From positions 1-50,259 of the forward strand of contig CAZXJX010000001.1 of the NCBI GenBank assembly GCA_964641235.1: DNA of 50,259 bases, given 5' to 3'. Origin of the DNA: an uncultured Planctomycetia bacterium. GTDB taxonomy: Bacteria; Omnitrophota; Gorgyraeia; Pluralincolimonadales; CAZUZR01. The position numbers and the translations under genes are program-made. Below are positions 10,859 through 19,832 of this stretch, piece by piece. Numbering within the stretch: the stretch's first letter is position 1; each line of letters starts with the position of its first letter. A model generated the notes under the pieces. The model was not told the DNA's origin. It did no database searches and saw nothing but the letters and a program-made list of their open reading frames with translations.

Positions 10859-11887
10859 ATGAGAAGGATAGGCATTTTGACGGGCGGAGGCGACTGCCCC
10901 GGTTTAAATCCGGTAATTAGGGCGGCAGTGAGAAAGGCATTTGTCGAAGGTTATGAGGTGTTAGGCGTAAAATTTGGCTGGAAAGGGCTTATAGAAGACG
11001 ATGTTATGCCGTTAGATTTACATTCCGTCTCCGGCATATTACCAAAAGGCGGCACGATTTTAGGGACATCTCGGACTAATCCTTATAAAAAGGAAGGGGA
11101 TTTAAAGCGGCTTAAAGACAATTACAAGAAACACGAGTTAGATGCGCTCATTGCGGTAGGAGGAGAAGATACCTTAGGAGTCGCAAATAAATTAGCGAAA
11201 GAGGGCTTGAAGATAGTCGGCGTGCCAAAGACAATAGATAACGATCTATCCGAAACCGATTATACATTCGGTTTTGATACGGCGCTGAATATCGCTATGG
11301 AATGTATTGACAGGTTACATACAACCGCAGAAAGCCATAACAGGATTATGGTAGCCGAGGTGATGGGCCGACATGCCGGTTGGATTGCGGTTCATGCCGG
11401 AATTGCAGGCGGCGCCGACGTCATTTTAATTCCGGAAGTTCCGATCGATGTAGATGAGGTATGCAGTTTAATAAAGAAACGACACGAACGAGGCAAAAAT
11501 TTCTCAATCGTAGTCGTAGCTGAAGGTGCAAAATTTAAAGAGGGGCAAGAGGTATTAATGGCTGAAAAATTGGATGAGTTCGGCCATGTTAGGTTAGGCG
11601 GGATCGGTCAAATCCTCGGAGAATTGATAGAGAAGAAAACGGGATATGAGACGCGAGTTACGGTCTTAGGCCATATACAGCGCGGCGGTTCTCCGACGGC
11701 ATTCGACAGGGTTTTAGGCACTCGGTTCGGCGTTAAAGCGGTCGAATTAGTTAAAGACGGAAAATTCGCAGAGATGGTTAGCCTTCAAGGCAATAAGGTT
11801 GTCTCTGTTTCGATAGAAAAGGCAATCGGAAAATTGAAAACTGTAGATATGGATTTGTATAAAATAGCAAAGGTATTTTTTGGATAA
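10859..11887 (+). CDS. pfk: 6-phosphofructokinase (ATP- or PPi-dependent)
   Basis: RIGILTGGGDCPGLN, GGEDT, PKTIDND and MGRHAG blocks. Confidence 0.9.
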   Translation: MRRIGILTGGGDCPGLNPVIRAAVRKAFVEGYEVLGVKFGWKGLIEDDVMPLDLHSVSGILPKGGTILGTSRTNPYKKEGDLKRLKDNYKKHELDALIAVGGEDTLGVANKLAKEGLKIVGVPKTIDNDLSETDYTFGFDTALNIAMECIDRLHTTAESHNRIMVAEVMGRHAGWIAVHAGIAGGADVILIPEVPIDVDEVCSLIKKRHERGKNFSIVVVAEGAKFKEGQEVLMAEKLDEFGHVRLGGIGQILGELIEKKTGYETRVTVLGHIQRGGSPTAFDRVLGTRFGVKAVELVKDGKFAEMVSLQGNKVVSVSIEKAIGKLKTVDMDLYKIAKVFFG

Positions 11888-12455
11888 GATGAAAGACAAA
11901 ATTAAAAGTATAATCGAAGAAAGTATCGGCGTAAAAGAGGACGTTATAAAGTTGCAACTTGATGTTATACAGAAAGCAACAGAGACAGTTATATCGGCGC
12001 TAAAGGCCGGAGGAAAGGTGGTTTTGTTTGGAAATGGAGGCAGCGCCGCTGACAGCCAGCATATCGCGGCTGAGCTGGTTGGGAGATTTTCGAAAGAAAG
12101 AAAAGGTCTGCCGGCGTTCGCCCTGACAACAAATACCTCCATCTTAACGGCAATAGGCAATGATTATTCATATAGCAAGATATTCGCGCGCCAGTTGGAT
12201 GCCTTGGCGGATAAGAAAGATGTCGCAATAGGAATTTCTACGAGCGGCAAAGCCGCAAATGTTATCGAGGCGATAGAACTGGCAAACAAAAAAGGCATAA
12301 CGACTATTGCGTTGACAGGAGGCGATGGCGGAGAACTGGCTAAGGTTGCCAAGATATCGGTTATTGTTCCCTCCAAGTCGACACCGAGAATTCAAGAGGC
12401 CCACATTACAATCGGACATATCATATGCCAATTGATAGAGGACGAATTATTTTAA
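11880..12455 (+). CDS. gmhA: D-sedoheptulose-7-phosphate isomerase (SIS domain)
   Basis: GNGGSAADSQHIAAELVGRF and ISTSGKAANV blocks. Confidence 0.85.
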   Translation: MDKMKDKIKSIIEESIGVKEDVIKLQLDVIQKATETVISALKAGGKVVLFGNGGSAADSQHIAAELVGRFSKERKGLPAFALTTNTSILTAIGNDYSYSKIFARQLDALADKKDVAIGISTSGKAANVIEAIELANKKGITTIALTGGDGGELAKVAKISVIVPSKSTPRIQEAHITIGHIICQLIEDELF

Positions 12456-12459
12456 AAAT

Positions 12460-12942
12460 ATGAGCGAAGATAAAATCGTAGTTTTTTCAAAACTCAGAAC
12501 CGTAGTTTCCAAATTGAAGGCGAAGAATAAGAAAATTGTTTTTACTAACGGCTGCTTTGACCTCATCCATACAGGGCATGTAAAATATCTTGAGAAAGCG
12601 AGGTCCTTCGGAGATATCCTTATCGTCGGAATTAATAGCGATTCTTCGATGAAAAAAATAAAAGGGTCGAAACGTCCTATCATAGCGCAAGGCGATAGAG
12701 CCAGAATTATAGCCGGATTAGAATCGGTTGATTACGTTTCTATATTCGATGAGGCTACACCGCTTAGATTGATAAAAGCCGTTAAGCCGGATGTATTGGT
12801 TAAAGGCGCCGATTGGGAGTTAACTAAAATGGTAGGCGCCGATTATATCAAATCCTACGGTGGCAGCGCAATATCGATCCCCTTGGTCAAAGGAAGGTCT
12901 ACTTCGCATATAATACGCAAAATTGTCAGCAGATTTAAATGA
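12460..12942 (+). CDS. D-glycero-beta-D-manno-heptose-1-phosphate adenylyltransferase (RfaE/HldE domain II type)
   Basis: Cytidylyltransferase fold. FTNGCFDLIHTGHVKYL (HxGH) and a C-terminal STSHII block. Confidence 0.8.
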   Translation: MSEDKIVVFSKLRTVVSKLKAKNKKIVFTNGCFDLIHTGHVKYLEKARSFGDILIVGINSDSSMKKIKGSKRPIIAQGDRARIIAGLESVDYVSIFDEATPLRLIKAVKPDVLVKGADWELTKMVGADYIKSYGGSAISIPLVKGRSTSHIIRKIVSRFK

Positions 12943-13352
12943 AGCGCCAGATATACAGGATAATCGACGCAAATCTTAATAGGTCGCGGGAGGGACTGAG
13001 AGTTTGCGAAGAGATTTGCAGGTTCGTTCTTGAAGATAAATTGCTTACGGATGAACTTAAAAGATTACGGCATAAGATAACCGGCTGTATCCGATATTAT
13101 CCGGCGCAATTAAAGGGTATCGTCTCAGCGCGCGATTCAAAAAGAGATATCGCAAAAGCGGCGCATCCCTTAGAGCGCAAAAGACGCAACTGGAAAGAGA
13201 TTTCTTTAGCGAATATAGAACGCGTCAAAGAGTCATTGCGGGTTTTAGAAGAGTTCTCGAAGGTTATCGACGGTCAATCCGCGGATAGATTTAAGAGACT
13301 TCGGTTTAAGTCTTACGATATAGAAAAGAAATTAATTTCAAGATTTAAATGA
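12939..13352 (+). CDS. Free-standing homologue of the N-terminal extension seen on long ThiE proteins
   Basis: IYRIIDANLNRSREGLRVCEEICRF resembles the N-terminal domain fused to ThiE in cyanobacteria and others. ATGA overlaps on both sides. Confidence 0.5.
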   Translation: MKRQIYRIIDANLNRSREGLRVCEEICRFVLEDKLLTDELKRLRHKITGCIRYYPAQLKGIVSARDSKRDIAKAAHPLERKRRNWKEISLANIERVKESLRVLEEFSKVIDGQSADRFKRLRFKSYDIEKKLISRFK

Positions 13353-13972
13353 TAAATGGTTTCAAGCTCTATGTGATAGTCGATAGAAAAGCCTGCGGTC
13401 GACGAGAGCCGGTTTACGTCGCGAGGGAAGCGATAGCCGGCGGAGCAGATGTGATACAATTGCGCGATAAAGGAGCAAACGCAAAAGAGCTAGTAAAAGT
13501 CGGCCGCGCTATACGAAATTTAACTTACAGAAAAAAAGTCTTGTTTATTATAAACGATAGGCCTGATATCGCAAAGGCGATTGGCGCCGACGGCGTTCAT
13601 TTGGGGCAAGATGATTTGCCGATTGATGTTGCACGTTCAATCTTGGGCAGAAAAAAGATAATCGGTTTGTCTACACATTCCGTTTTGCAGGCTAGGCAGG
13701 CACAAAAAGGCGGCGCTGATTATATCGGAGTAGGCCCAATTTTTACCACTCCTACCAAACCCGAATATATAGCCGTGGGCGTAGATTTAATTAAGAAGGT
13801 CAGGAATAAAATTAGAATACCGTTTGTCGCCATCGGCGGAATAGACGAGTCAAATATCGATGAAATCTTGGCTGCCGGAGCAACTTCCGTCGCTGTCGTG
13901 CGGGCGGTTTGCGGCGCCAAAGATATTAAAGGCGTTGCAAAATATTTAAAAGAAAGATTTGAAAAAAGATGA
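13349..13972 (+). CDS. thiE: Thiamine-phosphate synthase
   Basis: VIQLRDK, GVHLGQDDLP, GLSTHS, GVGPIFTTPTK and VAIGGI blocks. Confidence 0.9.
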   Translation: MINGFKLYVIVDRKACGRREPVYVAREAIAGGADVIQLRDKGANAKELVKVGRAIRNLTYRKKVLFIINDRPDIAKAIGADGVHLGQDDLPIDVARSILGRKKIIGLSTHSVLQARQAQKGGADYIGVGPIFTTPTKPEYIAVGVDLIKKVRNKIRIPFVAIGGIDESNIDEILAAGATSVAVVRAVCGAKDIKGVAKYLKERFEKR

Positions 13973-15249
13973 CACAATTAGAATATGCAAAAAAGGGCAG
14001 GATAACGCCTGAAATGAAATATGTAGCAAAGCAGGAAGGTTTAGAGCCTAAAGAACTGCTTAAGAAAATAGCGCAAGGCAAAGTTGTGATACCGATTAAT
14101 CGCCTTAGAAAGGGAATCAAGCCGTGCGGTATCGGAGAAGGCCTAAGGACTAAAATAAATGCCAACATCGGAACCTCGCCGGATTCGAACAATATAAAAA
14201 ATGAATTAAAGAAACTGAAGGTAGCGATTGAAAACGGCGCAGATACGGTTATGGACCTTTCGATGGGAGGAGATTTAAAAAAGATACGGAATGCGATTCT
14301 AAGGGTTTCGTCGGTGCCGGTTGGGACGGTTCCGATTTACGAAGTTGCCGTAAATGCGGTGCGAAATAAAAAACCGATACCTTACGTTACCGAAGACGAA
14401 ATATTTAAGACGATAGAAGAGCAGGCAAAAGAGGGTGCATCTTTCTTTACGTTACATTGCGGCGTTACGACGGAAACGGTTGGGCGCCTGAAGAAGGAAG
14501 GAAGAATAGCCGATGTGGTAAGCAGAGGCGGGGCAATTTTAATTGAATGGATGGTCCATAACGGAAAGGAAAATCCGCTGTATGTAAGTTTTGATAGAAT
14601 TCTAGAGATCGCCAAGAAATACGATATCACTTTAAGCCTAGGCGACGGGATGAGGCCCGGTTCCATTGCCGATGCGACTGATAGGGCACAAATCCAAGAG
14701 CTGCTTTTATTGGGAGAGTTAACGAAAAGGGCATGGGAGGGCGGCGTTCAAGTTATGATTGAGGGGCCCGGCCATATGCCGCTCAATCAAATAGAATCGA
14801 ACGTATTGCTGGAAAAAAGGATTTGTCACGGGGCGCCTTTTTACGTCTTAGGGCCCTTAGTTACCGACGTTGCTCCCGGATACGATCATATTACATCTGC
14901 GATTGGCGGTGCTTTGGCAGCTGCTTATGGCGCAGATTTTCTATGTTATGTGACGCCTTCGGAGCACTTAAGCCTTCCTTCGGTCTCGGATGTTAAGACG
15001 GGAGTTATTTCTTCGAGGATCGCAGCTCACGCCGCCGATATCGCAAAAAATATCAAGGGCGCATTAGATTGGGATATCTCTATGTCCATCGCGCGAAAGA
15101 AGAGAGATTGGCGAAAACAATTCTTACTTGCAATAGATGCCGAACTCCCCAAAGAATACAGAAAGCGCTCAAATCCTAGCGCCAAAGATGTATGCACTAT
15201 GTGCAGTCAATATTGTTCGATGAAACTCGCGGATGAATACCTGAAATAA
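13969..15249 (+). CDS. thiC: Phosphomethylpyrimidine synthase
   Basis: Highly conserved ThiC blocks (TQLEYAKKG.ITPEM, DLSMGG, VMIEGPGH) and C-terminal Cys cluster CTMCSQYCSMK. Confidence 0.95.
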   Translation: MTQLEYAKKGRITPEMKYVAKQEGLEPKELLKKIAQGKVVIPINRLRKGIKPCGIGEGLRTKINANIGTSPDSNNIKNELKKLKVAIENGADTVMDLSMGGDLKKIRNAILRVSSVPVGTVPIYEVAVNAVRNKKPIPYVTEDEIFKTIEEQAKEGASFFTLHCGVTTETVGRLKKEGRIADVVSRGGAILIEWMVHNGKENPLYVSFDRILEIAKKYDITLSLGDGMRPGSIADATDRAQIQELLLLGELTKRAWEGGVQVMIEGPGHMPLNQIESNVLLEKRICHGAPFYVLGPLVTDVAPGYDHITSAIGGALAAAYGADFLCYVTPSEHLSLPSVSDVKTGVISSRIAAHAADIAKNIKGALDWDISMSIARKKRDWRKQFLLAIDAELPKEYRKRSNPSAKDVCTMCSQYCSMKLADEYLK

Positions 15250-15251
15250 AG

Positions 15252-16151
15252 ATGCCATTACTAGTCGTAGGTTCCATAGCGTTAGATTCGGTAAAAACGC
15301 CCTTCGGAAAAATTGAAGAAGCGCTTGGAGGTTCTGCCGTTTATTTCTCGCATGCGGCAAGTTTTTTTAACTCCGTTCGATTGATAGGAGTCGTCGGCTC
15401 AGATTTTTCAAAGGCCCATATCGCATTGCTTAAGAGGAGAGGCATAGACTTAAAAGGCCTCATGGTAGACGATGGCAGGACGTTTAGATGGAAGGGCGAA
15501 TACGGATATGATTTGAACGTCGCAAGGACGATTTATACTCATTTAAATGTATTTGCCAATTTCAGGCCTAAAATCCCGGCCGAGTATCAGGGGACCAAAT
15601 ATGTTTTTTTAGCGAACATCGACCCGGATTTACAAAGGGATGTTTTAAAACAAGTGGATAGTCCCGATTTAGTCGCTTGCGATTCTATGAATTATTGGAT
15701 CGAGAATAAACGCCCTGCGCTAAAGAGAACGCTTCAAAACGTCCATATATTCTTTGCGAACGATCAGGAGGCTAGGGAATTTTCTGGAGAGCATAATCTG
15801 CTTAAGGCTTCAAGATATATATTTTCTTGCGGACCTAAAATTGTTATAATAAAGAAAGGCGAACACGGAGCCTTATGCATTTCTCGCGATTATCTGTTTT
15901 CGTATCCCGCGTATATTTTAGAAGACCCCTTCGACCCGACCGGAGCAGGAGATACCTTCGCAGGCGGATTTATGGGATATTTGAGCAGAGTAAAAAGGTT
16001 GAATGAGATGGCATTGCGTAAAGCCACTGCTTACGGCACTATTTTGGCGTCTTACGTCGTTGAGGATTTTAGCGTAAGGCGTTTATTGCGTTTGAATTCA
16101 AGAGGCATAAAAAATAGATACAGGAAGTTTAAAAGATTAATGCATCTTTGA
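15252..16151 (+). CDS. PfkB-family carbohydrate kinase
   Basis: Ribokinase-like fold. N-terminal LVVGSIALD and the anion-hole motif DPTGAGDTFAGGF. Confidence 0.75.
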   Translation: MPLLVVGSIALDSVKTPFGKIEEALGGSAVYFSHAASFFNSVRLIGVVGSDFSKAHIALLKRRGIDLKGLMVDDGRTFRWKGEYGYDLNVARTIYTHLNVFANFRPKIPAEYQGTKYVFLANIDPDLQRDVLKQVDSPDLVACDSMNYWIENKRPALKRTLQNVHIFFANDQEAREFSGEHNLLKASRYIFSCGPKIVIIKKGEHGALCISRDYLFSYPAYILEDPFDPTGAGDTFAGGFMGYLSRVKRLNEMALRKATAYGTILASYVVEDFSVRRLLRLNSRGIKNRYRKFKRLMHL

Positions 16152-16193
16152 AACAATTAGCAGTATATTTCGGAGAAACTTCAGATCGTCTTA

Positions 16194-16269
16194 GCGGGTG
16201 TAGTTCAGTTGGTAGAACGTCAGCTTCCCAAGCTGAATATCGCGGGTTCGAGTCCCGTCACCCGCTCCA
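16194..16269 (+). tRNA. tRNA-Gly (anticodon CCC), CCA encoded
   Basis: Cloverleaf read by hand. Acceptor GCGGGTG/CACCCGC, D arm GTTC..GAAC, anticodon stem TCAGC/GCTGA with loop TTCCCAA, T arm GCGGG-TTCGAGT-CCCGT, then TCCA. Confidence 0.9.
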
Positions 16270-16275
16270 TGGGAC
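16249..16275 (+). repeat. 27-nt direct repeat, copy 1 (tRNA-Gly 3' end plus 6 nt)
   Basis: cgagtcccgtcacccgctccatgggac is identical to 16391-16417. Confidence 0.95.
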
Positions 16276-16315
16276 TCGAAGGGAGCGAGCGCCGACCTTA
16301 TGGGAGGAAAAGCAA

Positions 16316-16333
16316 GCGCCACTATAGTGGCGC
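16316..16333. repeat. Perfect 18-nt palindrome inside the GC-rich filler
   Basis: GCGCCACTATAGTGGCGC. Confidence 0.9.
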
Positions 16334-16390
16334 GAAGCGAAAGCCGAGCGGATGGCCGACCCGAGTTCGACGATAGGAGAGCGAGGGCGC

Positions 16391-16417
16391 CGAGTCCCGT
16401 CACCCGCTCCATGGGAC
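16391..16417 (+). repeat. 27-nt direct repeat, copy 2 (orphan tRNA 3' end)
   Basis: Identical to 16249-16275. It is not preceded by a matching T-stem 5' half, so it is not a second tRNA. Confidence 0.95.
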
Positions 16418-16452
16418 GAGAACCTAACGGGGCAGTCCTCTACGCTTTAAGG

Positions 16453-17136
16453 ATGAATTTTCGACGGATAATTCAGGTATCGTTTTTTATTTTAATTTTA
16501 GCGGGTTGCGCAAGAGCGCCTATAGTATCGCCGCCCAAAGAAATAGCGCCTCCTTTTAAAGAAAAACCGGGCATATACCATAAGGTAGTTAGGGGCGAGA
16601 CCCTGTGGCGGATATCGAAGACATACGGAGTTGAATTAGAGAAGATAGTTGCCGCGAATAGAATTAGCGACGCGGAACGCATAGCGGCGGGGCAAATGCT
16701 TTTCATTCCGTCGGCGACCAAACCCATAGCGACAAAATTAGCGACGCAGGAAAGTAACGTAAAGGAAGATTTTATCTGGCCGGTTAGGGGCAAAATAATC
16801 TTATATTTCGGAGCTCAAAAAGGGACTTCGCCGAATAAAGGCATAGATATCCAAACGAGGGAAGGAGCGACAGTCGTCGCTTCGCGCAGCGGCAAAGTTA
16901 TATTTTCCGACGACAAGGTAAAAGGTTACGGTAAGACTTTAATACTTGACCATGGCGATGAATTACAGACGCTCTACGCTCATAATTCAGAAATCTTAGT
17001 TAAAATCGGCGATGAGGTAAAGCAGTTTATCCCTATTGCGAAAGCAGGTACGACGGGAAGGGCAAGGGCGCCGTATTTACATTTCGAAATCAGAAAAAGG
17101 CATCAGCCCCAAAATCCATTTTATTATTTACCGTAG
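16453..17136 (+). CDS. LysM-domain M23 peptidase lipoprotein (NlpD-like)
   Basis: Lipobox ILAGC, LysM (YHKVVRGETLWRISKTYGV) and M23 blocks GIDI...DHG...YAH...HLHFEIR. ATG 16453 is preferred to the track start 16300, which runs through the tRNA-derived repeat. Confidence 0.85.
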   Translation: MNFRRIIQVSFFILILAGCARAPIVSPPKEIAPPFKEKPGIYHKVVRGETLWRISKTYGVELEKIVAANRISDAERIAAGQMLFIPSATKPIATKLATQESNVKEDFIWPVRGKIILYFGAQKGTSPNKGIDIQTREGATVVASRSGKVIFSDDKVKGYGKTLILDHGDELQTLYAHNSEILVKIGDEVKQFIPIAKAGTTGRARAPYLHFEIRKRHQPQNPFYYLP

Positions 17137-17156
17137 GACCATTTTAAGGCTTAATA

Positions 17157-18842
17157 ATGTTCTTAGATCCTGCTATAGGAAGTAATTTTTTCGGCAGAAG
17201 CGATATTTTGAATTTGCTTAAGAAACGCATAGACGGTTTACGCTATGGGTACCGGCAAAATATCGCCATAATCGGACCGCCTCATTACGGCAAGACCTCC
17301 GTTATTTACCGCTTCATAAATGATAACCCTTTTAATGACGTCGTTTTGATTTATATCGAAGTAAAATCACAAGGATTTTTAAATTTTGCAGAGAAGTTTA
17401 TTTCCGCTTTGCTTTTTCAATATTTGAAGAACGTCGAGCACAAGTTAGAGGATGCAATAGAATTATCTCTAATTGCGTATGATAGGATGCCTAAGACGGC
17501 AAAGGCCGTCAAAAAAATTGAGGCCTTTATAAAAGAGGATAATTTAGCCGAGGCGTATGCGGCGCTTTTTGAATTGCCGGCGATAGCATACGCGGAAATT
17601 AATTTACGGCCTATAATAATTATTGATGAGTTCCATAGAATAGAAGACTTCGGGATCAAGGATGCCTTTTCGGTATTGGGAAAAAATATAATGTTCCAGA
17701 AAGATACGATGTATATCGTCACTTCCTCTTATGTTAACCAGGCAAAGAAAATTCTCTCCGAAAAACTCTCGTTATTATTCGGCAATTTCGAGATCTATGA
17801 ACTTGGGACATTCGATGCTCCCACTACTTCTGATTTCATAGATTTCAGATTGGGACAAAAGAAGTTGTTAAAAGGCCTGAATGATTTTTTAGTCGCATTT
17901 ACGGATGGTCACCCGTTTTATTTGGACTGCATTCTGCTAAAATTAAAAGAATATCTTAACTTAAGGTCGGGAAACAACCAAACGGAAGCCATGACAATGA
18001 CATTTGCGGAACTTCTTTTTGATTCAAAAGGAATTTTGAATCAACATTTCGCAGGCTCAATTTCAGACCTCGAAACGGCAGATCGACGCCATATTCCTCT
18101 TTTACTTTCGATAGCGAACGGCAATAGGAAAATTCAAACGATGGCGGCCTCGTCGCATCTAAAACCCGGCGAGATAAGACCGGTATTGCAAAAATTGACA
18201 AGCGTTGGTTGGGCGTTAAAATACGGCGTTTTTTATGTGATCCGAGACAAGGTCTTCGAATTCTGGTTAAAAAATGTGCATCAGAATAAAGAATGCCGTT
18301 TGGATACGGATTACGAATCCAAGATATCGAGATTTAAGGTCGAGGTTAAAAATTATATCGAGGCTTTTCTGAATGCCTCAAAAGAAAATTATATTCAGAA
18401 ACTGACGGAATTATTCTCTTCGTTTAATGGCGAGCTGATTCAGTTAGATAAGAGGTATTTTGTCTTTCCTAATTTTAAGAAAGCCTTAACTAAGAATACA
18501 GAAAACCCGGATATCTCCTATCTTTTTTTATCGAACGATAGATGCGCATGGGCTTTCTTAATAACTTTGCAACCATTAACGGATAAACGCATAACGCATT
18601 TTCTAAATTACTGCCGAGAGCATAAACAAACGCTTAAGCGGAAGATTATAATTTCTCCATCCGAAATGGATCCCAATACAAAGTTGCTCGCCAAAAGGTC
18701 AGCGGCGTGGATTTGGACATCGATAGAATTAAACGAACTGCTCGACATCGCTGTTAAACAAAGGATGGTATTGCCGCATTTAAACAAGTCGGTATCGGAC
18801 GTGGCGCAAATTTTGGATACTCGCCATTTGGAGATGGCTTAA
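17157..18842 (+). CDS. P-loop ATPase of the archaeal-ATPase/ORC-like type with C-terminal extension
   Basis: F.GR...L..L, Walker A GPPHYGKTS and Walker B IIIIDEFHRIED. The C-terminal half is not recognisable. Confidence 0.55.
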   Translation: MFLDPAIGSNFFGRSDILNLLKKRIDGLRYGYRQNIAIIGPPHYGKTSVIYRFINDNPFNDVVLIYIEVKSQGFLNFAEKFISALLFQYLKNVEHKLEDAIELSLIAYDRMPKTAKAVKKIEAFIKEDNLAEAYAALFELPAIAYAEINLRPIIIIDEFHRIEDFGIKDAFSVLGKNIMFQKDTMYIVTSSYVNQAKKILSEKLSLLFGNFEIYELGTFDAPTTSDFIDFRLGQKKLLKGLNDFLVAFTDGHPFYLDCILLKLKEYLNLRSGNNQTEAMTMTFAELLFDSKGILNQHFAGSISDLETADRRHIPLLLSIANGNRKIQTMAASSHLKPGEIRPVLQKLTSVGWALKYGVFYVIRDKVFEFWLKNVHQNKECRLDTDYESKISRFKVEVKNYIEAFLNASKENYIQKLTELFSSFNGELIQLDKRYFVFPNFKKALTKNTENPDISYLFLSNDRCAWAFLITLQPLTDKRITHFLNYCREHKQTLKRKIIISPSEMDPNTKLLAKRSAAWIWTSIELNELLDIAVKQRMVLPHLNKSVSDVAQILDTRHLEMA

Positions 18843-18847
18843 AATAT

Positions 18848-19333
18848 ATGAGGATAGGAGTTATCTCAGATACGCATATACCGAAAATGGCCAAGGATAT
18901 ACCGAAGGCCGTATATAATGAATTCAAAAACGTCGATCTGATTCTCCACGCGGGCGATTTTGTCGAAGCGGATTTCCTCAAAAAACTAAAGGATTTTAAA
19001 AAGACAATAGGCGTCTACGGAAATTTGGATTCCAGCGAAGTGAGCAATATTCTTAACGCCAAGGAGATAATTGAAGTGGAGGGATTTCGGATAGGATTAA
19101 TCCACGGCTGGGGAGCGCCGGAAGGATTGACGGAACGTATCAGGATGGAATTTAAAGATGAGAAAATTGATTGCATAGTTTTCGGCCATTCCCACAGTCC
19201 TTTTAACGAAACTAAAAATGGAATTTTATTTTTCAATCCCGGCAGTCCAACCGATAAGATATTTGCGCCATATAATTCTTATGGGTCGCTTGAAATAACC
19301 GATAAGATCATAGGCAAGATAACGAAACTATAG
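18848..19333 (+). CDS. YfcE/MJ0936-family metallophosphoesterase
   Basis: ISDTHIP, HAGDF, GNLD and GHSHSP motifs. Confidence 0.85.
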   Translation: MRIGVISDTHIPKMAKDIPKAVYNEFKNVDLILHAGDFVEADFLKKLKDFKKTIGVYGNLDSSEVSNILNAKEIIEVEGFRIGLIHGWGAPEGLTERIRMEFKDEKIDCIVFGHSHSPFNETKNGILFFNPGSPTDKIFAPYNSYGSLEITDKIIGKITKL

Positions 19334-19343
19334 GGAGATTTAG

Positions 19344-19832
19344 ATGGATAAACTTTGGGCGCCTTGGAGGTCAAAATATACAAAAATGGTAAAATCGATA
19401 AAAGGATGCATTTTTTGCTCCAAGCCGAAAGAAAAAAAAGATAAATCGAATTATATCGTAACCCGAAGCCGCCATTCTTTTCTAATGCTGAATCTCTATC
19501 CGTACAATAACGGGCATATAATGGTCGCTCCGTATAGGCATGTAAAAGATTTTAGCAAATTAACCGAAGAGGAGATGCTCGATTTGCTTAAACTTATGAA
19601 GGTTTCGCAGGCGCTTCTCTCGAAGACGCTAAAACCGGAGGGGTATAATATCGGAATAAATATCGGAAAGGCCGCCGGGGCTGGTTATAAAGGCCATTTG
19701 CATATCCATATAGTTCCGCGGTGGGTAGGCGATGTTAATTTTATGCCGGTCTTTAGTTCGACAAAAGTAGTTTCAGAATCATTGGATGCATTATATTCTA
19801 ACTTAAAAAGATGCTCGGCCGTCAAGAGATAG
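19344..19832 (+). CDS. HIT (histidine triad) family nucleotide hydrolase/transferase
   Basis: CIFC near the N-terminus and the histidine triad GHLHIHIVPR. Confidence 0.85.
   Translation: MDKLWAPWRSKYTKMVKSIKGCIFCSKPKEKKDKSNYIVTRSRHSFLMLNLYPYNNGHIMVAPYRHVKDFSKLTEEEMLDLLKLMKVSQALLSKTLKPEGYNIGINIGKAAGAGYKGHLHIHIVPRWVGDVNFMPVFSSTKVVSESLDALYSNLKRCSAVKR

Noticed and set aside
12985-13010. Possible TPP riboswitch core (CTGAGA) near the thi genes
   Set aside because: It lies inside a coupled coding region, and the conserved ACCTGATCTGGATAATGCCAGCG-like partner is absent.
16300-16452. N-terminal 51 codons of the 278-aa track ORF (MGGKASATIVARSES...), and the 73-aa minus-strand ORF 16191-16412
   Set aside because: Both run through the tRNA gene, the GC-rich filler and the duplicated tRNA 3' end. 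A lipoprotein signal peptide with lipobox begins at ATG 16453, which is the credible start.
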